Positions 1-13,244 of a stretch of DNA of 64,000 bases are shown in pieces. This DNA is from the human T2T-CHM13v2.0 reference genome, Homo sapiens, in the NCBI RefSeq assembly GCF_009914755.1, contig NC_060932.1. The stretch is one strand, 5' to 3'. Made by a program: the position numbers and the translations under genes. The stretch's first letter is position 1. The number at the start of each line of letters is the position of its first letter. The notes under the pieces were generated by a model. That model worked only from the letters and a program-made list of their open reading frames with translations, did not search any database and was not told where the DNA came from.

Positions 1-46
1 CTGGCAGGTACAGTGATGCCTTTCAGCCTATAGAAATGTGCACGGG

Positions 47-320
47 GGATGGGCGCGGTGCCTCAAGCCTATAATCCCAGCACTTTGGGAGGCCAAGGCA
101 GGCGCATCACCTGAAGTCAGGAGTTTGAGACCAGCCTGGCCAACATGGCGAAACCCCATCTCTACTACAAATACAAAAAGACTAGCTGGACGTGGTGGCA
201 CGTGCCTGTAATCCCAGCTACTCAGGAGGCTGAGGCAGAAGAATCACTTGAACCAGAGAATCGGAGGTTGCAGTGAGCCGAGATAGCGCCACTGCACTCC
301 AGGCTGGCGACAGAGTGAGA
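47..320 (+). mobile_element. Alu (AluS type) lacking its 3' end and poly-A tail
   Basis: GGGCGCGGTG..GCCTATAATCCCAGCACTTTGGGAGG left arm, A-rich linker, right arm; stops at GACAGAGTGAGA. Confidence 0.95.
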
Positions 321-970
321 TAAAGGCTGGCAATATGTGTGTTTATGATATGTAAGATATTTTATACATGGCTACCTTGATGAGCCACCTGGTTCCTTCA
401 GGAGCCAATGTTGAAGCAGGATTTACTGATTCATCTCTTCCAACATCACCTTCTAACCATATAGCCCCCAAAATAGAAAATGTAAGTATTACAGAACAAT
501 GTAGACTACAGTTGCCATGAAAAAGGAATGAGGTTTTATATCACACAGTGTGCAGCGTTTCATGGCCCAAATCCCCATTCATCATCCTCTCTCCTTCCCC
601 TTCAAGGACTTGGAATCTCCCCTGGCTGCAGTTCCCTGTCCCTGGAGCCTCCCTTGGGGCTCATTTTCTTCTCTATTTCTAACACAGAGCAATTTAGTTA
701 CACCTTCTCTTCCTCCTCGCTCCCAATAAACATTTACACACTCTCATACGTACACCGAGAAACTCAAGCACATGTGAATGCACACACACACGTGCACATA
801 CACATAGCTGTCTCTTGTTACTTTACCACACTTAAGCACGCTAAAGGCTAGCAGAGGTAATTTCTTCCAGTTTCAAGGTCTCTCCATAAAGGTGGCAGGA
901 GAATTACAAATATTTATTTTTCTTGTCAGCAATCATTTTTGTATTATCTGTCATATTCTCAACAAAATAA

Positions 971-1410
<440 letters not shown>

Positions 1411-1694
1411 TCTACAGCACCACGTGAAGGATGACACTTGATGGCCCAGGGCCTGTTCTTTAACTGTATCAAACCATCCCCCCATCCCCACCCTTTCAAT
1501 TAACTACTGGTTTTGGTGGCCAAACTATAAGGATTAAGGCTCATCAGGCAGGGCCAGCCAGCCCTGTAAGGGGAATTTGAGAAAGTGAATTGGGCCAGAC
1601 TTTGTCCAGCACCTGGCTCAGAGCAGAGGTTCAGCTGGACTTCAATAGCACTGCTGCATGAATAGATAAATTTGTTTTAAATTCAAGTGTAATG

Positions 1695-1820
1695 AGAAGT
1701 TGGAGATGGATGTTGGTGATGGTTGTACAACAATGTGAATGTACTTAATACCACCAAACTGTAAGTTTAAAAATGGTTAAAATGGTAAATTGTTTATTAA
1801 ATATATTTTATCACAAATTT
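1695..1820 (+). mobile_element. L1M (L1MB-like) 3' end fragment
   Basis: GGTGATGGTTGTACAACAATGTGAATGTACTTAATACCAC..AAAAATGGTTAAAATGGTAAAT. Confidence 0.85.
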
Positions 1821-2059
1821 TGTAAAAGTTAAATGTGCATGGGGGGACTGGAGTCATATAAAGCCATATAAAGTAATTTACTTTATATTATCACCTATTT
1901 TATTATTCATTTGTTCCCTGCCATTTGAAAGTAGTCATATTTTGCACAAAACAAACTGATATATACAAATCTAACTTAAAAAGATGGATAAGACCTTAAA
2001 TAAGATGTAGCATCGAGATGACCTGGATTTAATGGTGACAAATGTTGTGGTTGACCACA

Positions 2060-2270
2060 GTGAGTTCTGGGTCAGATTGTCTAGGTGTAATGCCTGGCTT
2101 TTTGTCTCTTAGCTGTACGAATTGGGGCCAGTTATTTAATCTCTTTAAACCTCTTTTTTTCTCATCTGTAAATGAGGATTATAATACTACCTAACACATA
2201 AGATTTTTGTGAACTAATCCAGGTAAGAGACAAACTGTCATGCTTTGAAAGCACTCAAAAAATCCCAACT
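2060..2270 (+). mobile_element. MIR
   Basis: TTAGCTGT..GTTATTTAATCTCT..CTCATCTGTAAATGAGGATTATAATACTACCT core. Confidence 0.75.
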
Positions 2271-3039
2271 ATGATTAGTAAGGCTCCGAAAGTGACTAAA
2301 AATGAAGGGCCTTCAGTATCAGTCTAACTCAAACCAGGCTCCTGCTTGTAAACAGCTATGAGTGACTTGATGTGTCATCTTTCCTCTCTTTTACCTAGGT
2401 ATAGAAGACTCTCTATGCTGCCCTCTTGAATAATGCCCCAAGAATGCATGCCTTTCCTGATCATTCTGTGAAATATTGCTGAGTAAAGGAACGAGTGAAT
2501 TGTAGATGGATAAATATCTAGTATGTTCTCCATTTATTTCAAAGTGTAGAAAGCTTTTATGTAATCAGAAAATAAAATCCAATTGCTTCCTATTGCATTG
2601 CCTTCCCAAATACATTACAGATTATATTTTAAAAATTTGTATGAATCAAGTAAGCCACACTTGATTTCCCCCAGTGGAACCTGTAGAACTATTCCACTGC
2701 TCCTGGGCAAGGTGGTATTGGATACAAACTCCATATTGCCAGGATTCCCTCTCCCCCTTCTCTCACTTTTGCTTTAATTTCTATTTTTTGAAAGGGAGAT
2801 GATTAATCTATTTCAGACTGGCATTTTAACTTGTTTTACTTACTGACCACTGTGGTGAAACGAACCGAGAGCAGTTTCTCAGCTTATCTTAGTCTAATGT
2901 AATATGAAAAGACAAATATCATATTTGAGGAAAAATATTTCATATGCAGCATTATTATTAATCAGGGATAATAGGTAAGATATCAGAAACTGATTAAATG
3001 AGAATTTTTTTAGTAAAAGAAGGAAGTTAGAGTGGGAAA

Positions 3040-3250
3040 TGTAGTCTTTAGAATCCGACTGAGAGGCCTGTATTTTAACTATGTGACCTTGAATGTGTTA
3101 CTTAATGAATCAGTGACTCAGACCTGCTCCTTCATGTATAAAATGAAGAGAGTGATACATTTCAGAGAGTCAATGTGAGAAGTAAATGGAATTATGCACA
3201 AAGAGCACCAGTGTAGTCTGGCTCATAGTAAGTGCTCAATAAATGGTTAT
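3040..3250 (+). mobile_element. MIR
   Basis: CTATGTGACCTTGAA..TACTTAA..ATAAAATG; 3' end GGCTCATAGTAAGTGCTCAATAAATGG. Confidence 0.75.
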
Positions 3251-3379
3251 TCTTATAAATATACTCAAAATAAGATATATTTTCCAATCAAACAACAGTC
3301 TTACTTAAGGATCACATCAGCCTCTTTCTGGCTGACTCAGGTACAGTAAGATGTGAGGTCAGCCAGACCGCTGACAATT

Positions 3380-3525
3380 AAACACTGGCTTAGCTATCAC
3401 TTTCCTGGGCTCCAGTTTCCTCATCCATTCAATGGAAATGATAAAGGTACCTATTTCTTAAGGGTTGTTTTGAGGATTTAAAAAAGATAATTTAGGTAAA
3501 ACTTAAACCAGTAAATGCTATCTGA
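3380..3525 (+). mobile_element. MIR fragment
   Basis: CAGTTTCCTCATCC..AATGGAAATGATAA..GTACCTA..AGGGTTGTTTTGAGGATT. Confidence 0.7.
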
Positions 3526-4629
3526 GGTTATTAAAAGTTCATTGAATCAACCATGCAGAAATTCACTTCACGATGTGGCAATTGGGGTTTTTTTCCAGGC
3601 TTCTGGAAATGTGTAACCAAATAAGTGAATATATGGCTGCCTCCAACAACCATGTTGAATTTTTCTTTTACTTCAGAACAAACTTTGGTCATGCTGCAAG
3701 CCTAGTGGAAAGCCTGATTCTTCTGGGTATTGGTCAAGGAACACCCACCCCAGAATGGAAGTCATTTAGCAGGTAATGGTCCCTGTGGAATGACAGTCCT
3801 TAGAATGAGTTTGTGAAGACACAAGTATCTGATACCTTCCTTGGTAGACAGTGCTGTCAGGGGCTGATAGGCTCCACCATTTATTTTTTCAGCTGATCCT
3901 GTAGAGTTCAAAAAGCACTTTTCTTGGGACACTCCCAAGCATTTTCATAGCCTTTTCTACTGTGCTAGTAGCAAGCAATTCAATGTCTTGCTTAGTTTTC
4001 ATTTACCTACCTCTCAGGTAAATTCACTGAGTAACTACAAAATGGTGGCTATAGCCATGAGAACATAATATATGTTTTCTAAAAATGCCATTGTCCTTGA
4101 AATCATTAATTTTATATTTGTATAGAAGACAAGAAATTGACTTTACATGTAGACTAGTGAGATTGCTATATCTAAATTTGCATACAAATCAGAAAACATT
4201 TACATTGAGTTTTACATTTTTGATGCTCTGATCCTACCTGATAGACTCACAAGAAAGTCTGATCTGCGAAAGATTCTTTCTCTCCAGAGATTTCTTCAGA
4301 TCTGAGAGGTATATACATCTCTTCAAGAAACATTCATTGGGCATAATTCACTATTATTGCCTGCTGATAAAGTAGGAAGTCACAGACATTTCTTGTGGGC
4401 AAATTCCACAGGTGATGGTCCCCTGAAATGTCTCTGATTCTGTCTCCTCCCATCACTCCTGCTACCAGTGAGGGAAAGGGAGATCTGCCATTGTCCTGGG
4501 GCTGGGGATCCACTCACATCTCTGGTAGCACTGTCACCATTGCCAGGGCTTCTAGCTGAGCCTTATAGTCTCATGGCCTTAGTGCATACCTCCTTCAACT
4601 CACACAAGTTGTGATGCTCTTGAGAGGTG

Positions 4630-5165
4630 AGCACAATTCACAATTGCAAAAATGTGGAACCATCCCAAATGCCCATCAATCAACGAGTGGATAAAGAAAT
4701 TGAGGTGTGTGTGTGCGTGTGTGTGTGTGTGTATATGATAAATATATATATGATAAATACATATATATGATAAAATACTACTCATCCATACAAAGGAATG
4801 AATTAATGGCATTTGCAGCAACCTGGATGGGAAAGGAGATTATTATTCTAAGTGAAGTATCTCAGGAATAGAAAACCAAACATATGGTTTTCACTCATAA
4901 GTGGGAGCTAAGCTATAAGAACACAAAGGCATACAAATGACACAATAGACTTTAGGGACTCAGGGGGAAAGGGTGGGAAGAGGGTGAGGAATAAAGACTA
5001 CAAATCAGGTTCAGTGTATACTGTTCTGGTGATGGGTGCACAGAAATCTCACAGATCACCACTAAAGAACTTACTCATGTAACTAAATACCACCTGTTTC
5101 TCAAAAACCTACAGAAATAAAAAAAATTGTTTTAAAGACACAAGAAATTAAAAAAAAAAAGAAAA
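4630..5165 (+). mobile_element. 5'-truncated L1PB (L1PB1-like) 3' end with internal (TG)n/(TA)n tract
   Basis: ORF2 end GCACAATTCACAATTGCAAAAATGTGGAACC; 3'UTR TAAGTGGGAGCTAAGCTAT..CACCACTAAAGAACTTACTCATGTAAC; A-tail; TSD AGAGGTGAG (4623-4631 / 5166-5174). Confidence 0.92.
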
Positions 5166-5270
5166 AGAGGTGAGTAGAATCCCTTCTTGTCTCTCTCTAT
5201 ATTATCTATATTATAATGTATTGGCTTAGAACTGTCTGTGCTTCTAAATGCTGGCATGCACAATTCTTTC

Positions 5271-5304
5271 ACACACACACACACACACGCATGCACACAC
5301 ACAC
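5271..5304. repeat. (CA)n microsatellite
   Basis: Directly visible interrupted CA run. Confidence 0.9.
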
Positions 5305-5664
5305 GTCATTGTCTCTCGAGTGCTCCCACAGCGCAGGCCCCATTTGGCCTTCACACTGAGGACAGCTTGGGGTCCAGGCATCATCTTCCCTATTGGTGCT
5401 TTCCCTTTTATGATGCAATCTGGTTTCAATCACATATCACCCCAGTTTATGCATTTTTACAGGGTTGAATCTCAGTGAGGTCAGTGTTCTTGTATCTTTT
5501 TCAAAGGCAGGTAGATTTTCAGCTCTTATATACACTAATTCATTCTAACAGATACTTGGGCTATTGTCTAACTCTGCTCCTCCTCAGCATATAAGCTTAA
5601 CCTTCTTATGGATTCACTGAGTGAGAGGGGATTCCTATATCCACTTACCAACTGTGGTTGACCA

Positions 5665-6063
5665 TGTATTAGTTTGCTAGAGTGTCTGTAACAATGTACC
5701 ACAAACTGAGTGGCTTAAACAATAGTTTATTGTCTTGCAACTCTGGACCCTGGGACCAAGATGAAGGTGTTGGCCAGACCTGTGAAGGTACTAGAGAAGG
5801 CTCTGTCCCAGACTTGTCTCCTAGTTTCTGGCAGTTACTTGATTTGTGGCAGCATACCACCAATTTCCACAGGGCATGCTCCCTGTGTATCTATGTCCAA
5901 ATATCCTCTTTTTATAGACACCAGTCATATTGGATTATACCATGGAATGCCCACTCTACTCCATTACTTAAGATGAGCTCATCTTAACTAATTCCATCGG
6001 CAATGAATAGGACTCCAACCTTATATTATTTTGAGGGGGAGAGACACAATTCAACCCTTAACA
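5665..6063 (-). mobile_element. MaLR solo LTR (MLT1B/C-like)
   Basis: TGTATTAGTTTGCTAG..TACCACAAACTGAGTGGCTTAAACAA start; ACACAATTCAACCCTTAACA end. Confidence 0.85.
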
Positions 6064-6495
6064 CCATTCAAAATATCTTTCCGCACAAAAATTTGTGTTA
6101 CATGACAAAGGGAAACTTTATTCTTCACTAATTGCTAAACGTGTCTTAATTGGGCCTACACTTTATTTCATTGTTGCTTCCTGTTAAAAAACTTCATAAA
6201 ATATATATGGCATGTTTTAATTACTGTGACAGATTCAATATAAATTTTAAAAGGAGAAAGAAAGCACATTTTAATGTACCATGTGTTTATATTATATGTA
6301 AATCTTTCACGATTGGCGAAAATTTTTACAGAATATTTGTGGAGGTCCCAAGTTAGAAATATTAAACACTTTATCAAGCTGCACTCATGTCCCTGATGTC
6401 TTCAAATGTATGTTGTTACAAACCTCATTTTTCAGGAAGCAATGTGCGTCTCGTTCATGTCCTGTGTTTCACCTGTATGTTTGTTATCCATATAA

Positions 6496-6939
<444 letters not shown>

Positions 6940-7275
6940 TAGGTGACAAAAGTACTTTTTGTATAAAGTAAGCATGAATTGGGTTTTGTGTCAACTCATT
7001 GATTCTATAAGGAGAAACAATTCACTTTCAAGCTTTTTTCTTCAGTAACTAATACTCTGGCACATCTGGAGTTCAAATACTATGTTTTTTTTTTAAAGAA
7101 TTCTGAAGCAACACTTCATATAATTTTCCATTGTTCTTCAAAGACTGGAAAAAAATGAGTTAGACTTGTATTGAAAAGGCTTTGGGCAGAGAGTTAGGCA
7201 AACTCCTTGCTGTTGATGCAAATTAAATCAGATCATTAGGTTAGAGATCATATAAACTAATGCTGTGGTGTTCCA

Positions 7276-7696
7276 TGTTGAGCAGGTCTATGCAAACCAA
7301 CCCCAAAATTCAAGGAAGCTGAGAGGCCAAAGGAGGAGTGACAGATCAGTTTCTTAGAAAGAAATAGTTAATAGGAACTTATGATCAGAAGCTGTGTCTG
7401 GTCGGTATCTCGGGAGGTGGTGGGACAAGATGTTGGAAACTCATGCTATTACCCCACCAACCCAGGGCTTACATACCACAGGGAAAGGATAATTCCAAAA
7501 GGATGTGTAGGACATCTGAAGTATGATAACTGAAGTATATTAGGTTGTTTGACCTAAAGGTAAGATTTACAGTAAATACCTTTGCGCGAGAAGCAATGGA
7601 TAAACTGGAAATCTTAGAGGCCCTCCAGGAACAGAGGTTGATCAGAAGCCAACACGGCAGATTAGCATCCAAGGTGGAGTTGCATTAGCCTCCGCA
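7276..7696 (-). mobile_element. Solo LTR (LTR47/MER93-like)
   Basis: Minus strand begins TGCGGAGGCTAATGCAACTCCACCTTGGATGCTAATCTGCC and ends ..GCATAGACCTGCTCAACA; TG..CA termini. Confidence 0.75.
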
Positions 7697-8649
7697 ATTG
7701 GTCATAATCACCTTGCCAGGCCCCATTCCAGCTAAAGTTGTTTCTCAATAATTTCAGGAAAGCAGTGGTCTGCTATTCTCTGAGCACCATTGACCACTTA
7801 TTGGATTGTGGAAGAGACCTAACTCAAATTTGGACCAAGAAGTGACTTGAAATCAAGATCTCTCCCCAGAAGAGACAACAATGAATAGGTGAGCCTATCA
7901 GGTAGTCTTCCTTTACAAACAGCCTGAAGGCTACAAAGAGGATTGTGTAACAAAGAACGGAAAACAACACAGCACAGGGAGCCTTCAAGACAAAAACCCC
8001 AAAACTCAGAGGGGAGGATGAAGAAGCTAGTCCTCAGAGCTGTCTGGGTCTCTCTGACAGCTCTTTGTTTCCGTCTGGTCTGTTTATGTAAATTCTTAAC
8101 CTCCCATCTCTTAAGGTGGCCTGACTTATTATGTCCTTTAAATAATCCAAAGTGTCTACATATGCGTAATCAGAGACCACATTTTTCCATGCATATTTAC
8201 CGAGATCCTTCCTCCCATCGCCACTACCCATTAGGTGCTGGGCTCTGTGCTGGAGATTTCCAGTATTCCGGGAGTACACAGAAGAAATTTTTTAATTAAT
8301 TTTTTAAAAATCTATACAAGAGACCACTTAAATATGTCTCTTCTATTAGCAAAACTGTACTCAGTCTCTATTTCTGTGTTCCAGAAAGATTTTGTGAATG
8401 AATTACAAGCCCATTTTGAGCCAGGGGTGCAAGGATTTCTTCCCTTATGTGACATGTTCCCACAAACAGCACATGACAAGCAATTACATCTAAGGATGAA
8501 TGGAACATTGTTGAGTACCATTCTAAGAATTCCAGCCATTATTTTTCTTTTTCAAAATAAACTTGAAATAACATAATATGTCACAGATGATTGACAAAGT
8601 TTTTGCTAGTGTATGATGGTATTATATTTAATTGCTAGAACTAGAATTT

Positions 8650-8850
8650 AGTTAGACCATGCACTGGCTCTTTAATTCACCTATGTGGTTTTAGGGAATT
8701 CACCTCCCTGAGCCTCAATTTTACCATATTGAAAAATGTAGATAGTAACTTTAAAAGTTCTTTTGTGAGGACTGAAAAGGATAATGCATTTTTAAGTACT
8801 TAGCATAGTGCTGGGGCACATGACTAATCAATAACTGTTGGTTAATTTCC
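8650..8850 (+). mobile_element. MIR
   Basis: CCTCCCTGAGCCTCAATTTT..GTGAGGACTGAA..ACTTAGCATAGTGCTGGGGCACAT. Confidence 0.7.
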
Positions 8851-9569
8851 TTTGCTCCCTCCCTCCTTCCCTTCCTCCTTTCAATTTTTGTTATCAATAA
8901 AGCCACATGCAGTCTGAAAGTCTCCTTTTAAGTTTTACATCAAGAATCACATCCCCAAACCTAGATACCATATATTTTATTATTCTGAGTCAGTCCCACT
9001 TCATGTGATGTTCACTTCCTGTGTCACGTATAACTGGCAGACCTTAAATACAAACTGAAGAGCAATCATTTTCTTGGTCATACATAAGCTTTCAGACAAA
9101 GTATGATGAAATCATTTTTAGCTCTACTCTTTCTACAGTAAAGTATTGCATGCAGTTGGGAAGTGGGAATTATTTCTCTTTTGGAAATTGGAAGCCAATA
9201 GTGTACAATATACACTTAATTCTTCCTGTGATAGACATGGATCTCTTCAGTGATACAATCTGCGCCACACTCTGGCATTCTTTGGGCCCCTCCCAGCTAT
9301 CTAGTATTTCCAGACTTCTTATCTAGGAATTGGCAGCATCTCAACATCAGGCAACTGTCTCAATGACTATAGTAATATCGTTTTCTAAAAATTAAAGAAA
9401 CAGTTAAGTAATTACTTTTAGAAAGTGCTCTTTAGATACAAATCAAAACAGTATATTTGGTTAAGAGCTTGTCAGAACATTTTTGTTTCCAAGTAAAGAT
9501 CTGAAGGCTTGCTCTCTGTGCACACCTGGACAAGTTATGTCAACCAATTCACCTATAAATCCATGTCAT

Positions 9570-10935
9570 TGTTCACAGCAAATCTCCTCGAAAGTGTAGT
9601 TCATAATTGCTGTCTCAACTTCCCCATTCTCTTCTTTCCCTGGTTCACTTCAATCAGCATTTTGTCTCCACTAGACCATTGAAATAGCACTAATTTAAGA
9701 TCACAAAGACCTACACACAAAAATCACAAAGATCTAAATGAAGCAAACTCTCCCTTCTGTGTCCTAATCTTACTTGACATCATGATGCAACTGATACAGC
9801 TCATCACTCCTGCTTTTTCTGTGTTTAAATGTTTTTTCAGTGGCTTCAATGTTTAGTTTCTGGTTTGCTACCCACTTTGCTGGCTTTTCTTTCTCTGCCA
9901 GACCTCCTACCGATGGAGTTCCCTATGCACCTACTCTTTGTTGTTCCTCCTCTAGCTACACAGTCTACCTGAGTGATCCAGGATTTCCATTTCAAATGCC
10001 ACCTGCGTGTTGAAGACTATCACATTTGTGTCCTTCCTCCCCACTGAACCACAGCCTCTCATGTCCAATTGTCTATTCAGCTTTGCCACTGGGATGTCTA
10101 AGAGGCATCTTAGACTTTAATATGACCAAAAATACCAACTGAGCTTGTCTGTGCAATCTTCTTCATTCTCAGTGTTCTCCAAGTCAGTAAATTGCATCAT
10201 CTTCCATCCAGTTTCTCAAGCCAAACACTTGCAACTCACATCTGATTCCTCTCTCTGTCTAACATTCTTCATGCAACCCTATCCAAACTATCATTATATC
10301 TTCCGCGAACTACTGTAATAACATCTCAGCATGTCTCTCTCCCTCTACTCTGGCTACTCTGAAGTTTATTTTCTACACAGGAGGCAGAGAGCTCAAACAA
10401 GCATTAATCAAATCATATACTCCCCTCCATAACAGCTTTCAGTGCCTTCCCATTGAATCAATAAGGAAATCCAAACTCTCTCCCTTGCCCCCAAGGCCTT
10501 ACATGATCTGACCTGCCTTCCTCTTTAAACATTTTGACCTCCTCTCTTTCCCTGCATTCCAGAGCCTCAAGGGCTTTACACTTGCTATTCCTTCTCCTTG
10601 GAATGATTTTCCCTGAGATTTTCAAATGGCTATTCCCTCTCATTTGAGGTCTCAGCTGAAATGATGCCATTTTATTAAGATTTTCCTTTACTATCCTAGT
10701 AAAAATAGCTCCCCCAGTGCCCTACCTCCATCACTTTCTTGTGTATCATCCTATTTTATTTTCTGCAAAGCACCTACTGTTATTTGATATTATTGTACTT
10801 ATTTATATGTTTTGTTTATCTCGTTTCTCTGACCTGTGCTATGTGAGATCCTTGTATTACCAGCATGCAGAACAGTGTCTGGCACTTAGCGGGAGCTTCT
10901 TTCATTTATAGTTGTTGGCTGGCTGACTGGATGCT
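9570..10935 (+). mobile_element. L2 (L2a-like) 3' portion
   Basis: CTTACTTGACATC..GATACAGCTCATCACTCC; CACTGGGATGTCTAAGAGGCATCTT; 3' end CAGTGTCTGGCACTTAG..GCTGACTGGATG. Confidence 0.85.
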
Positions 10936-11114
10936 TTAATTCTCTGTAAGATCCAGACAGTAGCAAGGCATATCTTATGAATGTTTGTAAGTATTTAACT
11001 GTACTTATAGAGCAGTACTCTGTAAATGTTAGCCATCATAATTATTAAAATGTAAATTTTCTTCTAGAAAATTAGCTATCCATTAGATAGCAGTAAATGC
11101 TATTTAATGCTGAA

Positions 11115-11680
11115 TTGGGTATGGTGAAATAGACAGTCTCATACATTGCTGGTAGAAATGTAAATCCTCTTAGAAAGCAACTGGGCTTTGTGGAGCAAGA
11201 CTTTAAACCTGTTATGAAGGGCCTTAGTAATTTTCATATCCTTTGACTCATAAATATCCAAAAAAATCTGTATTTTCAGAAAATAAACTTAACAAAAAAG
11301 ATATTCACTTATTTATAAGAGTATAAATCTAAAAGCAACCTCAACAGGGAATAGTTAAGTACAATATTTAATTAAAAATAGTTAACTATTTCCTTAAAAA
11401 TAGTTAACTATTTCCTTAAAAATAGTTAAAATTATGACAAAACTGTAGGAAAAATTGCTACAAAATTTATGCAATAATATGGAAATTGTAATTATATATT
11501 CTTAAAATAAAAACTTACACAAACTTGTGCTACACTGAGTGCCCCTCCCCAAATGAAAATCCATTTAAGAAGTGAGAATAGAAATATATAAACTGGGGTG
11601 CTAATATTATGATGCTTTGGCTGATTTTTCCTTTTTCTCTAATTTCTAACTTTCTTTAATTATTCATATTTTTATTATGA
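11115..11680 (+). mobile_element. Old L1 (L1ME-like) 3' fragment
   Basis: CTCATACATTGCTGGTAGAAATGTAAAT..AAAGCAAC ORF2-end motif; AAAAGCAACCTCAACAGGGAATAGTTAAGTA. Confidence 0.65.
11372..11429. repeat. 22-bp tandem repeat x2.6 with internal 16-bp palindrome
   Basis: TTAAAAATAGTTAACTATTTCC at 11372 and 11394, partial at 11416. Confidence 0.95.
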
Positions 11681-11880
11681 GTATCTGATTTAAAAACAGA
11701 AGTATATATTCATAATAATTTTCATTAAAGCTGATTTTTAGTTCAACTTTGTATGTCTTAATCTAGCTTTCATCTGTCAATTATTTAAAGGTTTTATAAA
11801 TAGTGAAAACTAGAAAAGTATCCAAAATAAAATAAATACCCATATTCTCATTATCTTCTACTAATAATTGGTTTCCTTCA

Positions 11881-12182
11881 TTTTGTTTTGTTTAGACAGG
11901 GTCTTGCTCTGTCTGTCAGGCTGGAGTGCGGTGATATGATCTCAGCTCAGAGCAACTTCTGCCTCCTGGGCTCAAGTGATCCTCCCACCTCAGTCTTCTG
12001 AGTAGCTGGGACTACAAGCGTGTGCCACCACATCTGGCTAATTTTTGTATTTTTTGTAGAGACAGGGTTTTGCCATGTTGCCCAGGCTGGTCTGGAACTC
12101 CTGAGCTGGAGTGATGGAGCGATCCACCTGCCTTTGCCTCCCAAAGTGCTAGAATCACAAGCGTGAGCCACTGTGCCAGGCC
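11881..12182 (-). mobile_element. Alu (AluJ type)
   Basis: GACAGGGTCTTGCTCTGT..CTGGGCTCAAGTGATCCTCCCACCTCAG J diagnostics; small internal duplication GGAGTGAT/GGAGCGAT. Confidence 0.93.
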
Positions 12183-12614
12183 CTAACACTTGTTGATATT
12201 TAATCATTTTTGCTTTGTCTTTTCTCCTCAGTTACTAATTTAAAAAACAACACCAGTAAGATTTGTATATATGCAAGTCATATTGTTTTTGTTGATTCCT
12301 GGATATCTTTTCACCAATGTTAATAACTTCACTCACTTTGTCTCTATAACCAGTCAACCAAGTACCTTCAGGACCCAAAACTGAATTATTCTCTCTGGGT
12401 CTTTGATTTTGATAGGAACTCTTTACCTCATCCTTGGCTAACATACTTTCTCATTCACTACTACAGTCACCCCAAATACCCACCTGTAAAAATTCCAACC
12501 ATGCCCTAACTTTCCCTTTGATCCAATAACTTAACTTTCTATTTCAATGAGAAAAGAAAGGCCATTAGACATAAATATCAATGTTCCCTCCCATCACTGA
12601 GAACAGACATGTAA

Positions 12615-12860
12615 CTGATGTGAACCAATACCTTCACATACATGGGTTGTTTGCATCAATCTGTTTCATATGATTGATGTCCATGTCAAACATGGCAGGC
12701 ATTCTGGTTTGGAGAGGCAAGAGGGGCCCACAAGAGGAATGTTCTACGTCTTTTAGTCTACAAGGGACTTGTGTGTAGGAACTGGCAGGCCTCCCAAATC
12801 TGCTGGAACTATCTGGATGCTGTGAAGTTGCCAGCATGTTGTTTCATAACCAGGACCAGT
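12615..12860 (-). mobile_element. Possible ancient RTE-clade LINE (L4/MamRTE-like) ORF C-terminus remnant
   Basis: Minus-strand translation TQVPCRLKDVEHSSCGPLLPLQ..AMFDMDINHMKQIDANNP resembles the RTE C-terminal pattern LYGEL..RSRGRP..DI..WE..A.R..WR; by eye only. Confidence 0.35.
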
Positions 12861-13244
12861 CTGCATAAGACTTGATTTGTATAATTCAATTCATTTCCAA
12901 GCTGATTTTGACTATCACTATTATGCTTATTAATCAATATTTTGACTATCACATCTGTTACCATTTCAAAATTTACCAATATATTTATTCATTTTTATCT
13001 CTGTCTCTTGTTTCAGAAAAAGAAAATTTTGATTTCAGTCCAAAAGTAACTTTTATGTTCCACCTCTTCATCATTTTGCACTAAAAATTATTTTGCCTTT
13101 CCTTCTATCTTCGACTTTTTTATTTCACTCTGTGTTTGACATATTTAAGCCCTCCTCATCACTAAAAACAAACAAACCAATGAAATCCACCCATGAAGGC
13201 TTTAAAGCTAACTTTTATTTATAAAAAATATGGACGTAGAAAAA

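Noticed and set aside
7780-8170. Possible old MLT1-like LTR remnant
   Set aside because: Only scattered motif similarity; no termini identified.
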